A stretch of DNA of 64,000 nt from the human T2T-CHM13v2.0 reference genome, Homo sapiens. Each line of letters starts with the position of its first letter. The first letter of the stretch is position 1. A program made the translations under genes and the position numbers. The notes under the pieces are model-generated. The model worked only from the letters and a program-made list of their open reading frames with translations. It did not search any database and was not told where the DNA came from. Below, in pieces: positions 15,754-30,199 of the stretch. The stretch lies in assembly GCF_009914755.1 (NCBI RefSeq), contig NC_060934.1. One strand, given 5' to 3'.

Positions 15754-16076
15754 TACCCACCTGTGATTAAATGAGCCAAATGAGTAGCAACGTGGCAGAT
15801 GGCCCTACAGTTAATGAGATTCTTGCAAGCCCGCAATTCTGTTGAAATAAAATTTTGTCACTTCAGTTTTCAGTACAAAATTGTGCCAACTGAACCCTCC
15901 AACACTTTTCTCCAAAATGGGAATCGTCAATCTCACAAGGGTCCATTGTCAGAGGACAACCTTCATGTACAAGAGTGTTCAAGATAATCTTGAATTTTGT
16001 AATGGTCTGGAATTGCTATGACTCCCTGTACACCAGAACTTTCTTCTCACACATTGATCACTTCAAGCATCCACAG

Positions 16077-16420
<344 letters not shown>

Positions 16421-17479
16421 TAAATCAATATCCTGACTACAGTTAAGCATCCTAAAAATGAACGATTACATTTATAGCTGTTTTCTTTACACCTTCATCT
16501 ATATCTCTAAATATTGTTCTGATTAGACCTCCTGCTTTAAAACTTCATCAGCTCACTCAGGCATAAGTCACCCTGCATTCTGCACTCTTCTGGATTTTGA
16601 GTCCCTTTGAATTGCCACTGACCATATGACTTACCCATCCCCATTTCCATTTCCATTTATTTTTTTTGGCACTTCAACCTCAGTATCTTTCTCCTCCTCC
16701 TCATTTACAGCATATCTCCATTGCACTTCTGGCCAACTTCCATAGCACATTTTCTTCCTTCTGTAGCTAAATCTAAATCTGCAGCTGTTTTAATATGGCA
16801 TCTGTGGTTAATTTTTAGTACAATATTGCACATATTGAATGGCAGTAATGCCCAATGCTACTGCAATATTATGCAAGACATCAAATGGATGGAACCTATT
16901 AACTCATTGCAAACTCATGCATTATGAACATGGCATAGCACTTACCTGAAACATACAGTACCTGTATGGAGAAACTACAGGTTCCTTCAACGACTTAAGA
17001 AGTGAGGACATCGAGCACATTGCATCATCTTCCTGCTGCTGCAGTGTTCTATAATTTTCCCACTTACTTGCTCCCAAAGTTGCATCAAAAGAACAAAGAG
17101 AAAATGAAATCCACAGGAAGCTCCCAAAGGCTGCCTATTTGGCTCAGCTGTCTGTCGATTTTTCTAGGTTATGAGATTGCTCTTGGTGACTTTTGACAAT
17201 ATGAGAACACTTCCCTCACCTTTAATGATGAAGCAAGGGGCTCCATACACATAACATTAGATAGACGAGAATTCCACGAAAAAGGATAAGCCATCCAATA
17301 TGCTAGCATAGACCAAGATCTTAAAATAAATACATTTGCATTCTGGCAGTTTGAACAGCAGAGTTATTTGGAAGAATGGCACTAAAGAGAATGAGCCCCT
17401 TTAAGGGCAGCCAAGAGCTAGATTTTGCTAGTTAAGCATTTAATGTAAAACAGAGGCCAATTGGAATAATCATTTTGTA

Positions 17480-17700
17480 CTGGAAAAAAGAAACACAGGC
17501 TTTGGAGTCAAACAGAATTAGTTTCAAATACCAGCCTTGCCCCTCAGTAGTGGGGTGACTCAGGCAAGTTACTAACTTCTCTAAATCTCAGTTTTTTCAC
17601 CTCTAACCAAGGATAATGCATTCCTTACACACTTCTTGAGAAGATAATTTGATGTAAAGCACCCAGGACAATGTTTGGTGTATAGCAGTTACTTCAATTT
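17480..17700 (+). mobile_element. MIR SINE
   Basis: ACAGGCTTTGGAGTCAAACAG ... GGCAAGTTACTAACTTCTCTAAATCTCAGTTTT. Confidence 0.75.
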
Positions 17701-19044
17701 TTGAAAGGTGGCATACAAACATAATTATAGCAGGCTTTGGCAGGAAGAGGTATAAAATATTATCTTAAGAATAAAACAGTAGGTACTGAAATTAGACAAA
17801 GACAATTGAAATAGAAAAAAATTGTTAACCTTGTGAGGTTATATAAAATAGAATAAAAGAGATCAATGAATAGATAAGGTCAGATGGCAAAAGATAAGCT
17901 AAGTAATAAGACAAGGAAGAATAAAAGGTGAGAGAAAAGAAAAGTAGCAAATAGATTAAAATGTCAAAATACAGGTATGAATGGAGTCTTGCCTTTCCAG
18001 TAAGATATTATGAGAACATTAGGGACCCTAAGAGAGAAGCTGAAGTCCTTCAGCTGACCTGGTAGGAAGAAGGGGAGAAGCATAAGACCCCAGGGACACA
18101 ATGCAAGCTACATCTTAAGCAGACTGTCTGCAGAGGGCTTGAGCCTTCCAGCTCTGAAGGCGCCCTCGGCTCAGGCAGCACTAAAGGAAATGCACTAATG
18201 AGCAGAAGGGCAGGTTGCTGAGAGCAGCGACTGCCGAACTTCCTGGTCAAGCAGGGGTTTTTTGATTTCATAAATCAATTACAATGTGCTATATTGATTT
18301 CACAAAGTCAGCAGGACTTAAAAACTAATGAGCAAATTTTTTTATTATTATTTTTGAAAACACTGCAGTGTCTACAGCTCAGCACACTCGGCAGAAAGAC
18401 AAATGGAGGCTTTGGCTGCCACAGATTTCATTCCATCCTAGCCCCCTCCCAGCCATGTTCCTCATCTCAGCATCAGCAAAGAATCAGGAGCTGGCATAAG
18501 ACCCTGGTGCATTATGCCAACAAATCTCTCCCTGGTATCTGAAGCAGGGGCAGCCCCAACTAATGTGTCTGTGTTTAGGCACTAGTGAGTTTTGTACGGG
18601 TGCCCAGGCATCCCCAGATGGAGCAAACAAGGAAAAGAACAAGAAACCCACCTAACCAAGGATATAAAATACAGAAGGACTGCATTTGTGATTGTGGTTC
18701 TTAATAGGTAGCCACTGCCATTTTCTTCCCAACCATGGTAACATCTAAACTGGAGTTTTTATTGAGCTATTTATTTTGTACAACATCAAACATAACAAAA
18801 TTGATAAGGAGATTATTCTGCCACTCAACCCCTGGCCCAATGCCAACAGCTTCAGAAATGACCTCAGGTGGAGGGAGGCATAGATAGTTTAGTCTTTCTC
18901 CACAGCAAAATAAATTATCCCATGATACAGTTTTTAGGAAAAAATGCAAAGTGGGGGATAAATACATTCTGCTAAAATTTTGCTGTTAAAATGTACTACC
19001 TGTTAAAAATGTACCATTCTAGGGTTGAAAAATAATTAATGTTA

Positions 19045-19270
19045 AAAATAATAGCTAATGTTTTAGCACTTGCTAGGTGATAGGCTCTATGCTAAGTCCT
19101 TTGCATGCACTATGTCATTTAATTCTTAGAACAACGGTAAATGGTAGATACTATTATTATCTCAATTTTATAGTTGATGATAATCGAGGCTTAGGTAGGC
19201 TAAATATCTCCTGAGTGCCATGTGGTAAGTGACATTATGAAGTCTCATCTGTTTACACTAGAGCCTGTGT
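19045..19270 (-). mobile_element. MIR SINE, followed by a short L2 end to about 19330
   Basis: AATAATAGCTAATG ... CATTTAATTCTTAGAACAAC ... ATTATTATCTCAATTTTATAG. Confidence 0.7.
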
Positions 19271-20358
19271 TCATTCCATCAGTAAATAGTTATTGAGCAC
19301 CTAACACATGCCAGGTACTATTCTAGGAGTCATCCGCTACCAAAAAAACACTTTTTAAGTCAAGACAATGTATTTACCAGAAATGAAAATATTTCAACGA
19401 ATGATGACGTTCTTTCAGAATATGATTTCATTTATTGTCAGGATTGAGAACCAGAAATCCAGAAGATAGTTGATAAACTGGCTAAAGGGAAACTAAGAGA
19501 ATACCAAACATTATTCTTAGTATGTGAATACAACAAATTAGAGTGATGGGGGAACAAGAAGGAAGGTTAAAAGTCTAAGAAGTTAATTTTTTCTTGCATA
19601 GAGGAAGCAGATAAAATTGACCAAATGTAAATATGAGAGAAAGAGTAATTACTAGAAGTAACACTAAGGAAATAAAATCTGTGTTTCTTAGGAAGTCATT
19701 TTGTCTCACAAACACAACAAAGCCATGAGGATAGATTAAAAAATAAACTGCTACATAAACTTGATCTTCAAAATACTTCTCAATGCGTTCATGATTCCTT
19801 TTAATATTATTAGGGTAAATAGTAAATATAGCCTGCAGAAGTTTTACCCTCTTAATTTTCATTCCTTTATGCTTTTTTTCTTGTATGTACTTGATGACTA
19901 AAGTCACACTTAAATGACTTAAGAAAATGTGCTACAAAGAAAGGAAAACGAAAATTTAAATAATTTATTTTTGGTAATTTTCCTTTCACTTTCACAAAAC
20001 TCACAAATAAACAGAATTAGGTAAAGACATGCCCCACAAAATACTGCCTTTTACTGACACACATTTTTTGCTCTGTTTTGGTGCTTTTTTTTTGTTTAAG
20101 TACAATAAGAACATTAATTCAAGGTAGGCACCTGCCTAGATCCCACCCTCATTTCCTACAATCCTCTCTCTTCTTCACTACTGTTGAGCCAAAATATTTC
20201 AGTTCTACAAACATACAGAGCTCATCCCTGCCTTTGTTTCTTTGTCTCAGATTTTTCCGTTGTCTAGAATGTTCCTTCCTAGATATTTTCCTTATGGCTG
20301 CCTTCTGCAAGACTAACATTATCTAATACTTCACCACAAAGGTATTTCCTACCACCTT

Positions 20359-20860
20359 TATCAGTCATGGGTGAGTAAAAAACAAATCAGGTACTCATAT
20401 AGTTTATTTAGTAAAGGGGTGATTTATAGTAATATAGTGATTATTTATTGTTATAAAGTTTAACAATATGATAGCACATATAATGCAGAATTCTGTACTA
20501 CAAGAGCCAGGGAGGAGTGGTTACCAAGGGTGAGAGAATAAAGGAAGAAACAGTTCCTACAGCTCAGAACATGAAAATATAGGGGAAGGGTGCCCAACAG
20601 GAACCTGGCCTTAGGTAAAGAAAAACACTGCCAATCAGTGGGGAGCTGGCAGGGAGGATCCAGGGGAAAGTATACCCAGCCCTCCTCCTCCCCTAGTTCT
20701 CAAATCTTCTGCAGATGGTTCCCATTGGTCAAACACAACCAGAGGCCAGAAGTAAGGCAGACCAACGACAGAGTCCATAAAGTTTGGTCTTCTGGAGTGG
20801 AAAGCAGAATGGAGAAGGGCAAAGAGACCAGGAAGGGCAGGTGGAAATGATCATCAAGAA
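20359..20860 (-). mobile_element. ERVL solo LTR (LTR41-like)
   Basis: TATCAGTCATGG start; CCCATTGGTCAAACACAACCAGAGGCCAGA ... GCAGAATGGAGAAGGG resembles the LTR41 family. Confidence 0.65.
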
Positions 20861-20880
20861 CCCAATCCCATTGCCCCTAG

Positions 20881-21213
<333 letters not shown>

Positions 21214-21365
21214 TCACATTCCTTCTTTTAATTATTTGCATTGTACTTACAATTTTGATATTTTCTTTTTAGTTTGTGCATCTGTTTAACTAACTATAAA
21301 TTCCAGATTTGCCTGTCTGGTTAATCAGTATGTCCCAGAGATTAAACCAGTGCCTGTATACTTTA

Positions 21366-21712
<347 letters not shown>

Positions 21713-21999
21713 AAAGTAGCAAGACCTCTGTGATTAAAAACAATACATTGAAAAAACTAATCATTCATGAGGAAATACTCTGTAGTTTATAGGAGAATGA
21801 TACAAAATGATACCTCATTTTACCTGACAAGAATTTTAGAATGAATCAACTATAGTCAACTATACCTTGTAAGTCAACTTTTACAACTCCATGGCTATCA
21901 GGCTAATCAGGTTGATTTATCATATCTAGCAAAACAGAGATCATACTACCTATCTGCAGTTAACATGGCAGTTAAATAACACATATGATAGTCAATCAT

Positions 22000-22680
22000 T
22001 TCTCCATCAATTAATCTATTAATTTAACAGATGTTTATTGAACACCTACTATGGGATTACACTAGACACTGTGAATACAGAAGTGCACCAAATAGCCAAA
22101 AATCACTGTCTTCATGAAGTTTATATTTGAATAAGGAGTCAAGGTCACATCGTCAGAATGGGCCTCACTAATAAGCTGATACATGAGCCAAGATCTGAAA
22201 GAAGCAAGAAGAAGAAACCAAGCAGATATACAAGATTTTCTGGAGAGAAAGAATAGCAAGTGCAAAAGTCCCGACGTGAAGTCCTTTTAGCATTTTAGAG
22301 GACAGCAAGCAGGCAAAGTTGTCTAGAGCCACGTGCGTAGGTTTTGAAACACGGACACAGGGCAGGACTAAGGGAGAGGGAAGCAGAATATGTTGTAAGG
22401 ACTTAACTTTTTCTCTGAATGAAACAGGTGGCCACAAAGTGGCACATGACATGACCTGATTGACATTGTAACAGGGGAGCAAGGCAGAATTAGAGAGACA
22501 GTTATAAGAGTATCACATTGATTCAGATGAGAGATGGAAGAAGTGATCATAGTCTGTGGACTTATATTTGAAGGTAGAGGTGAAATGATTTCTTGATGAT
22601 AGAATGTAGGGCTGAAGAATCAGAAAGGAGTCAAAAAATGCTGAGGCTTGGGGTCTTAGCAATCCGAGATGCCCAGAAAG
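22000..22680 (-). mobile_element. L2 LINE 3' fragment
   Basis: AACAGATGTTTATTGAACACCTACTATG ... ATATTTGAAGGTAGAG ... AGGAGTCAA. Confidence 0.75.
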
Positions 22681-23264
22681 ACTTTGTTATTTGTTTGTTT
22701 AATTTATTTTCCAGTTAACTCTGAAAAAGAGAGGCTCATCCAGTTGTTATTTACCTCATTGCCATGAAAATTCATCCAGTTACTACTGTCTCATTCCCAA
22801 GAATCATTGAGGAAATGTCTTGTCCTTAAGCTTTGTATAGTTAACTTTGGAACACCATTTTTCCATTCAAAGACTTACCATTACACTTTAAACATAGAAT
22901 ATAAACATAAGGTAAGATGCTGGCAAAATAAAAATTATGAACTACTTCATTTCTGTGAATTTAGCTCATGATAACTAAATTTGGATAAATTTTGCAAAGA
23001 TGGATTTTGATCCAGATTTAAGATTTAATCAGTGGCTTTACAATTTAAGTTAGTTTACAATGAATTAAAGGAACTCCTTTTTATGCAGAGGGTTTTAAAA
23101 AATCAGGTTTTCAATTTTTCAAATGGTCTTTTAAAAACATTTCTATCATAACAAATGTGGGTTACCAAATTATAAGGAATTAGAATATAATCATATGCTT
23201 TAGTATCAAAACTTTATTTAATATAATTTAGTCTTTTTGTCAATAATTTATTATTCTTTAGGAT

Positions 23265-23455
23265 GGCAGAGACTGTATAGTATCATGAAGGAACACAGGC
23301 TTTGAAGACAGAAACTAAGCTCAAATTTCCAATTCCTTTGTAACTTGCTGGCATCATAAACTTGGATCAGGTTTCCTAATCTTCAAACTCAAGTATCTTC
23401 ATTGATTTAAAAATGATCCCCAAAATAATACTACCTCACAGGATCATTGAGGTAG
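23265..23455 (+). mobile_element. MIR SINE
   Basis: GAACACAGGCTTTGAAGACAG ... ATACTACCTCACAGGATCATTGAGG. Confidence 0.6.
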
Positions 23456-25699
23456 GATTATATTCACAGGATTATATTCAAGTTTTCTGTTTGTTTGAAT
23501 TTAGCTCATTTGGAATTTACTAATTTAACAGAGATTATGATTTTGGTAGAAATTCATCAAAGCAACATTTAAGCCAATACAATGATTTTCTAGCTATTAC
23601 ACAAATACTCATCTAAAGTTAAAGTATACATCTTTTACTGACATTCCACAAACTCAGTCATTCTTACTGAGTGGAAAAGCTCCAACTTCTGTGTATTGTG
23701 TGTTTTTATTTGGCAGTCACTTTGACAATTTTATTCTGAATTTAAATCTATTTTTAGACCTGCATGCATTATTTTATATAGTATTGTGAAGAAGCTGATA
23801 TTTTTGTTTGATACACTATGTTATGTCAGTGCTTCTGATTGCCAAAACCAACAGTTCATGTTTAAAACCTTTCAGAACATTCTGCAGTCTGATTAGGTCA
23901 CCTCTGAATACTAGGAACTAAAATGAGACCACAGCTAAGAAGAAAGGAGACAGGTGCAATTTTTTTCCTACTTATTCTCATTTCCTAATAATAATATAAT
24001 CAATAGATCATTATAAACCTCTTTCCTGAAACTCTGCCCTCCTCCCTGTTTCTCTCCACCCTACACACACACACTTAAATACACCGGGTTCCCCTATTTG
24101 CTCCACTACTCACTGAAGGATCATCTTCCTCTTCATTTCCTTACACATCCGGGTGCTTCCTGGGCTTTGGTCCTCGATGTTTCCTCTCACTTAAAAAAAA
24201 AAAATCCCTTTTCTACCTCTCTTTTATCAGTCTCGTTACCTCTCATAGCAAGAAAAAGTGTTTTTTTATTTCCTGTATTTCCTGGAAATTGTATCTGTTT
24301 TACTTTGATGGCTCTTGTCTAGCAGCAAGAAATGAAGAATCCGACTTGGAGTAAAATCTTTTTGAAGGTAATGCCAAGCCCTTATTCCTCTTCTTTCTCC
24401 AATTGACTGTAGCAGAGGGCCCTCCTAGGGGTCAATATTTAACTCTTTAATTAATCAACTGTTATTTTAGAATACAGCATAAAGTTCTCACATATTTAAT
24501 ATATGTCAACTTATTCCCTAAAAGTCCACAGAAACAAGCATTGTGGCAGAGGAAAATTTATTGAAAAATATTGTTCCAAAATCTTGCTTCTTGATTATAT
24601 TTGTAGGTATAACAGAATTAGACTACTTTAATAGCTGAATTCATTTTTATTTCATTGTGGAATAAAATGAGTGCTGCAGATGCCACACTATGGTTTGATT
24701 GTTATATATGTTTGGTCATGTGGGATTAGCCTGATACATGTATGAACTCAAATATCCATGTTAGCTAACAAACAAAAGGAGTGGGTAAAGAGATGTGTAT
24801 ATATATACATACTGAAAGAACTTTTTCTATATATGAGTGAATAGCTTACCTAACGTAACAGTCTTTACATAATAAGACTACTTATTTAAATTTTAAAAGA
24901 ATTTACCTCTAGATGGGTTTTTGAGTGAATTTCCTCAGAAAATTCATTTTCATGGCACAGAGGATTATCATACTTGGCTGCTGGTCTGAGCTCATCCAGG
25001 AAACAGACTTGAGTGCTTTTATTATCCACTAGAGTAGATCTCAAAGAACAGAAGTTACTCTATGATTATTTAGCGGCAATAGGACTTACCACAGTTCCTG
25101 GCATTTAGTGTTCAAGAAATATTTGTTGAACTTCATTAAAAAATTAAGATAGCCACCTCAATATCTTAGTTTATACACACATTTTCAGGCACATATATAT
25201 TATACGAAGAGAAATGCAATAATAATCCTTGCATAAAACAGATGAGAAGCTCATCTCACTATGAGATGGGTTGGAGAAGTCTTCATTTTCTTTAAGAGTT
25301 TATACTCAAGCTTGTCAGTAGACATCATTAAGCTGTTATGAGATTCCTTCTCTTGCTCAGTTGAATCTGCTTCATGAACCAAGTCAGGTTCTCTTCCATG
25401 GCAAAAGTAATGAGGTGGGGCCAATGTGTCCCATTGTCTCCCAATATCCACAGCAGCCACTCAACACTGTAGTGCTGTGGCCAGGTGAAGGGACTCTGAA
25501 ACTGTAGTACTATCCTTTGAAGCTACCACAGTTCTTCTCCTCTATGCTGAATTAACCACATCCTTGTTTCCATTTAAATAAGAAAGATGCACAGAGGTTC
25601 AACCCACCCATTATTGAACATATTTTGCATATGGAATTTCTAATCACCATATTATTCCAGGGATGTTTGCAGACGGAACCTATTTAGATTTTTTTGTAC

Positions 25700-25870
25700 A
25701 TGGATGCCTAGAGAATTATGGAAAAAACTAGAAATCATCTAGTTCTAGTCTAATACCCACATTTAGCATTCAAGGTAACTGAGAAATAAAGAGGTCAAAT
25801 GTTGCTCAAGATGACTCAGCAAGTTAGGAGCCAGTGTGGACCAGATAAGTGTCCTTTTCTCTACACCATG
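25700..25870 (-). mobile_element. MIR SINE fragment
   Basis: ATCATCTAGTTCTAGTC ... AACTGAGA ... TTGCTCAAGATGACTCAGCAAGTTAG. Confidence 0.6.
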
Positions 25871-26739
25871 TGGATAATGGATGTTTATAGCAAAGTTAAC
25901 ATTGAACCTGTTGAGATTCATGTAGATAATCTGGAATTTTATGTCTCACTACTTGATAATGTTCATAAATTGAATTATGTAACCAAAATCTGTCCTTTAC
26001 CAATACAGATATCCTATTCAAGGAAGTAAAATTTCACTAGTATCATGGGCATCTTTAGCATGTCAATTTCAGTAGACCAAGTAGAACTCTAGTTAATTTG
26101 TTTTGAATGGTGAGGCAAACAAAGCATCATTATTCCTATGAACATTTAACAGTTTTTGAGTAATCATGATGGCATGTATTGAACATTTTGGTGAAACAAA
26201 TATCTGCTAATGATGGAAATGTATTTGCTAGTGGTACAAGTCTTACAAGACACGCTGCAGAAGAACCTTCAGAAAATAACCTCTGACCTTGAAGAACAGA
26301 TGTTCTAAAAGCACACAACATAGGGGTTTTGTAAATGAGCAGCACTTTGGAGTTTTTCCAACTTTTCAAACATTCAGGGAAGTAAAAATGTCACTATGCC
26401 AGGTTTTCTAAATTTTCATATTTCAAATTAGTATAATTTGAGGGAAGTTATTTAAATGATCTGCACATTACTTATCAAGACATATATTTCTAAGTGCCAA
26501 TGTCCAGGAATTAGTTTGCTTTTCTGAAATAATATTTAAGATAATCCTTTTTAAAATTAAAGGATATTTTATCAACATAAATAGCCTACTCAGAAAATTA
26601 TATCAACACTAAATCACAGGTAACACCATCATGTTTTATCTCTATTTATTTTGATTTTTGAAGTAATTTAAAAGGGTATATTTAAACATTATAAAGTACA
26701 CTAACAAATAAAACATTTTGTAGACTCAGTGAAAACAAA

Positions 26740-26897
<158 letters not shown>

Positions 26898-26949
26898 GAA
26901 AACAAAATATTTTATTCATCATTAGTAACATTTGCCAGAACTCTGTGCT

Positions 26950-29090
26950 GTTTAAACTTCATAAAGTATATCACATGTAGGATATTTTCTAGTTTTCTAG
27001 TCTCTTCTGTATATATGCCAGAATAATATCAAATACTTTCATTTAATCAGTTATGATTATTTTATACCAAAGAAATCTCATTCTAGAAAAGAAGGCCATC
27101 TATTCACCACTCCTGTTGGCCATTAACCTTCATACCTCCCCTTTCAGTGTTCTGTCTTGGGTCTTCTTTCACCGTATAAATCCCAGGGTTGATTTGATCC
27201 AGTCACTCTGCAGCAAACATCCTTGTATGTCTCTTTGTGAACGTCAACAATTAGGATATGGACTTCCTCAGCCTTATCAGATGTTGCCAAATTGCTCTCC
27301 AAAGAACTAATATCAATTTACATTCCAGCCAGCAGTGAATGAAAGTTCCAGTTTCTCTACCTCCCAGACATATGTATTGTCATGCTTTAATTTTTATCAT
27401 CTAATGGCTGTGAGATGCAATTTTATTATTGATTTAATTTTTATTTCCCTAATCACTGGTGAAGCTAAACATCTTTTTACATGTTTATTTGTCCTTTGGT
27501 TTTGCACTTCTGTAAATCAACTGTTTATATCCTTTGCCTATTTGTTGTTTCTTTGAGCTTCTCCCTCCTTCTCCTTTTCCTATTATTCTTCCTCCTCCTC
27601 CTCCTCCACTCCTCTTTCTCCTTCTTCTTGTTCCTAGGAGTTCTTAGTATTATCTGAATAAAAAATTCTTTGTCAGTTCTAGTTTTATGCATTACAAATA
27701 TGTTCTTCCAGTTTGTGGCTTGTCCTTTACTTTTTTTTTAATGGCAACAGAAATTTAAATTCTAATGAATAAATGTATCAGTCTTTTCATTTAACACTTA
27801 ATGCCTTGGATGAAAATGTTTTATCCCAGGGTTATAGAACTATTTTCTTAAATGTTCTTATCACAGTTTTAACATTTTGTTGATCACATTTAAGTCTTTA
27901 ATCAATCTGTTGTTTGTATTTTTTCATAATGTGAAGCAAGAATCTAATTTTAATTTTTCCTTATGGATACTTCTCATTTATTAATTAATCCACTAGTTCT
28001 TCCTTCTTCTCAATTTTAATGCCTTTTTAGTGATACAACAAGGCTTTTATGAGTGAGGACTGCTTTGAGGCTTTGTATCCTCTTCAATTTGACCATTTTT
28101 GTATCCCGGTACTATTATTATACTGTTTTAATTGTTATAGCTTTATAAGTTTTTTGGATTGGTGTTTCAGTTATTTATTGCTGCAAAACAAAACAGTGGA
28201 GGTTTTCTAAAAAATCATTATTTTCCATGATTTTGTGGGCAGCCACAAAATTCCGTTTCCCATGGTATCAGCCCAGGCACTGGACGATCATGAGGTCCAA
28301 AATAGCCTCATTCGCATGGTTGACTACCACAGTGCTAGCTGACAAATGGGAGCTCAGCTGGGGTTTTCAACTAAAGCCTTTGTTTTTCTCCATGTGGGTA
28401 TCTCTATGTGGCTATTTGAGCTTTGGAAAGCATGATAGGTGGGATCCAAGAAGAAATATTACAAAAAGCAAAGGCAGAAATTGCAGATGTCTTAAAGTCT
28501 AGCCTCAGACATCACTCAAAGCCACCTCTGCCTTATTCTATTCCTACAAGTTGATTAAAAGAAGGTAAAGTAGACTGCACCTCTTGATGGGGGAGTGGCA
28601 ATGTCACTTTGCTAAAAAGTACCTGGGAAGGAAAATAGTGTTGTGATCATCTTTGGAAATAACAATCTATTGCATTCTGGCAGGACAAGCCTTATCATTT
28701 CATTAGGCTTCTTCAACACCATTTTGGACCCTTTTCCTTCCAACTATGAATCTATAAATTTTAGAATTAACTTGTCTGGTTCCATCCAAATTTTATAATG
28801 TGATTTTTGAGTGAACTTTCAGATAACATTCTTCAACAAATGTTTATTGAGTACCTACTATGCTCTTGCACTAATGATACATAAATGAAAAAAAAAAAAA
28901 ACAGATAAAACCTCCATCTTTCATTGAGCCTGTATTTCGGATTATGTGGAGAAAATTAAAATATTTATGACCTTTGTTATTCTAATAAATATATTTTGTT
29001 TTGCAAATTTGGTTAGGTCTTCTTTTATGTCCTTCGTCTAAGCTTTATAATTTCTTCTTATCCGATTTATTCTTAGACAAATTTTTGTCT
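26950..29090 (-). mobile_element. Old L1 (L1ME-like), interrupted by an MLT1 LTR and an L2 piece
   Basis: TTGCCAAATTGCTCTCCAAAG ... CAATTTACATTCCAGCCAGCAGTG ... TCACATTTAAGTCTTTAATC ... AATTTTAGAATTAACTTGTC. Confidence 0.8.
28163..28674 (-). mobile_element. MaLR solo LTR (MLT1-type)
   Basis: TGTTTCAGTTATTTATTGCTGC ... TAGACTGCACCTCTTGATGGG ... CATCTTTGGAAATAACAATCTATTGCA. Confidence 0.8.
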
Positions 29091-30199
29091 TGTTTCTCCC
29101 AACATTTAGACTAAGCTCTTTGGGCAAATGTTTTAACTTTTTGTCTTCTGATAGCACCAAGTACACTGCCAGATATAGCAGGACAATGTAACTTGGTGAA
29201 CAGACTGAATAAAAACTGAAGTAAAAGATTTAATTTTCCATTTGTAAATATTAATCATGCCAGGTCAAACTATCTTAACCAAGTTAAGCTCCTAGAAATA
29301 AGTAGCATTCATGTAGTAAGTGAGTTGCCATCACTATATTCTTATAGAAGGTCCCTCGTATAAAAACCAGTAAGTAATGTAAAGGAGCAACTACCCAGGT
29401 ACTCCAGTGGTTAAAAGGAAAAGATGAAAAGAAAGAAGGAAGAAAGGAAAATGCTCTCCAAGCTTTATACGGACATTTAACGTAGTTAAAAATGGGTTTG
29501 CCTGGCCTTTGCTAATCACACCTTTAGCTAATAACTTCGAAATTTGCTTCTACATTAGGTACAGTGTGGAACAAATTAGCTCACTTAATAAATGGAATGA
29601 AGCTCAGTGTGAGTCTCTTTAAAAGCACAAGAACATTCCTATTTCATCCCTCAATTACCAAATATCTGCAATTCCTAGTTTTGCATCATGCTGAACTTCT
29701 AAAGTAGGAAAAAAGCAGTTGAAGTAATATTACAATAGCAAATGATACAAAAATAGCATTAAGTACCAAGGATACCTAAAGTTCATTATTTCAATTCTTT
29801 ACTCTCAACAAGGGCAGATCTGACACTGTGAAAATTGCTGACAAAATCATGACTTACCACCAAACAGAATTTTCAACATTTCAAGTTATGATTAAGATAA
29901 GGAATAGCTTGATGACTATTTCACTACATTCAATACTATTTATAGAATACAGCTGCAGGGCTTTGTATATCTAATAATTATTGTGAAGAAGTTTTACAAA
30001 ACATCAGTCCTTTGAGAATTTCTATACATTGTACAAGTTATTTAAAATCTGCCAAATGTTACAATATGAAATGTAAAACTAGGAAACCCAAATGCAACAA
30101 GTGGAAAACATGGGCTCAGCTAATACCACAACACACTGCCAAGATGGAACTCTCCACAAGGTCTATCTTCCTGCTACTTCTGTCCTGGTATTTCCCAGA

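Noticed and set aside
19400-19450. C/D snoRNA-like box C (ATGATGA)
   Set aside because: No CTGA box D at a suitable distance and no terminal stem
29855-29955. Minus-strand donor TG|gtaagt with upstream ccctgcag acceptor
   Set aside because: Acceptor has no pyrimidine tract and the frame examined is closed; indistinguishable from chance
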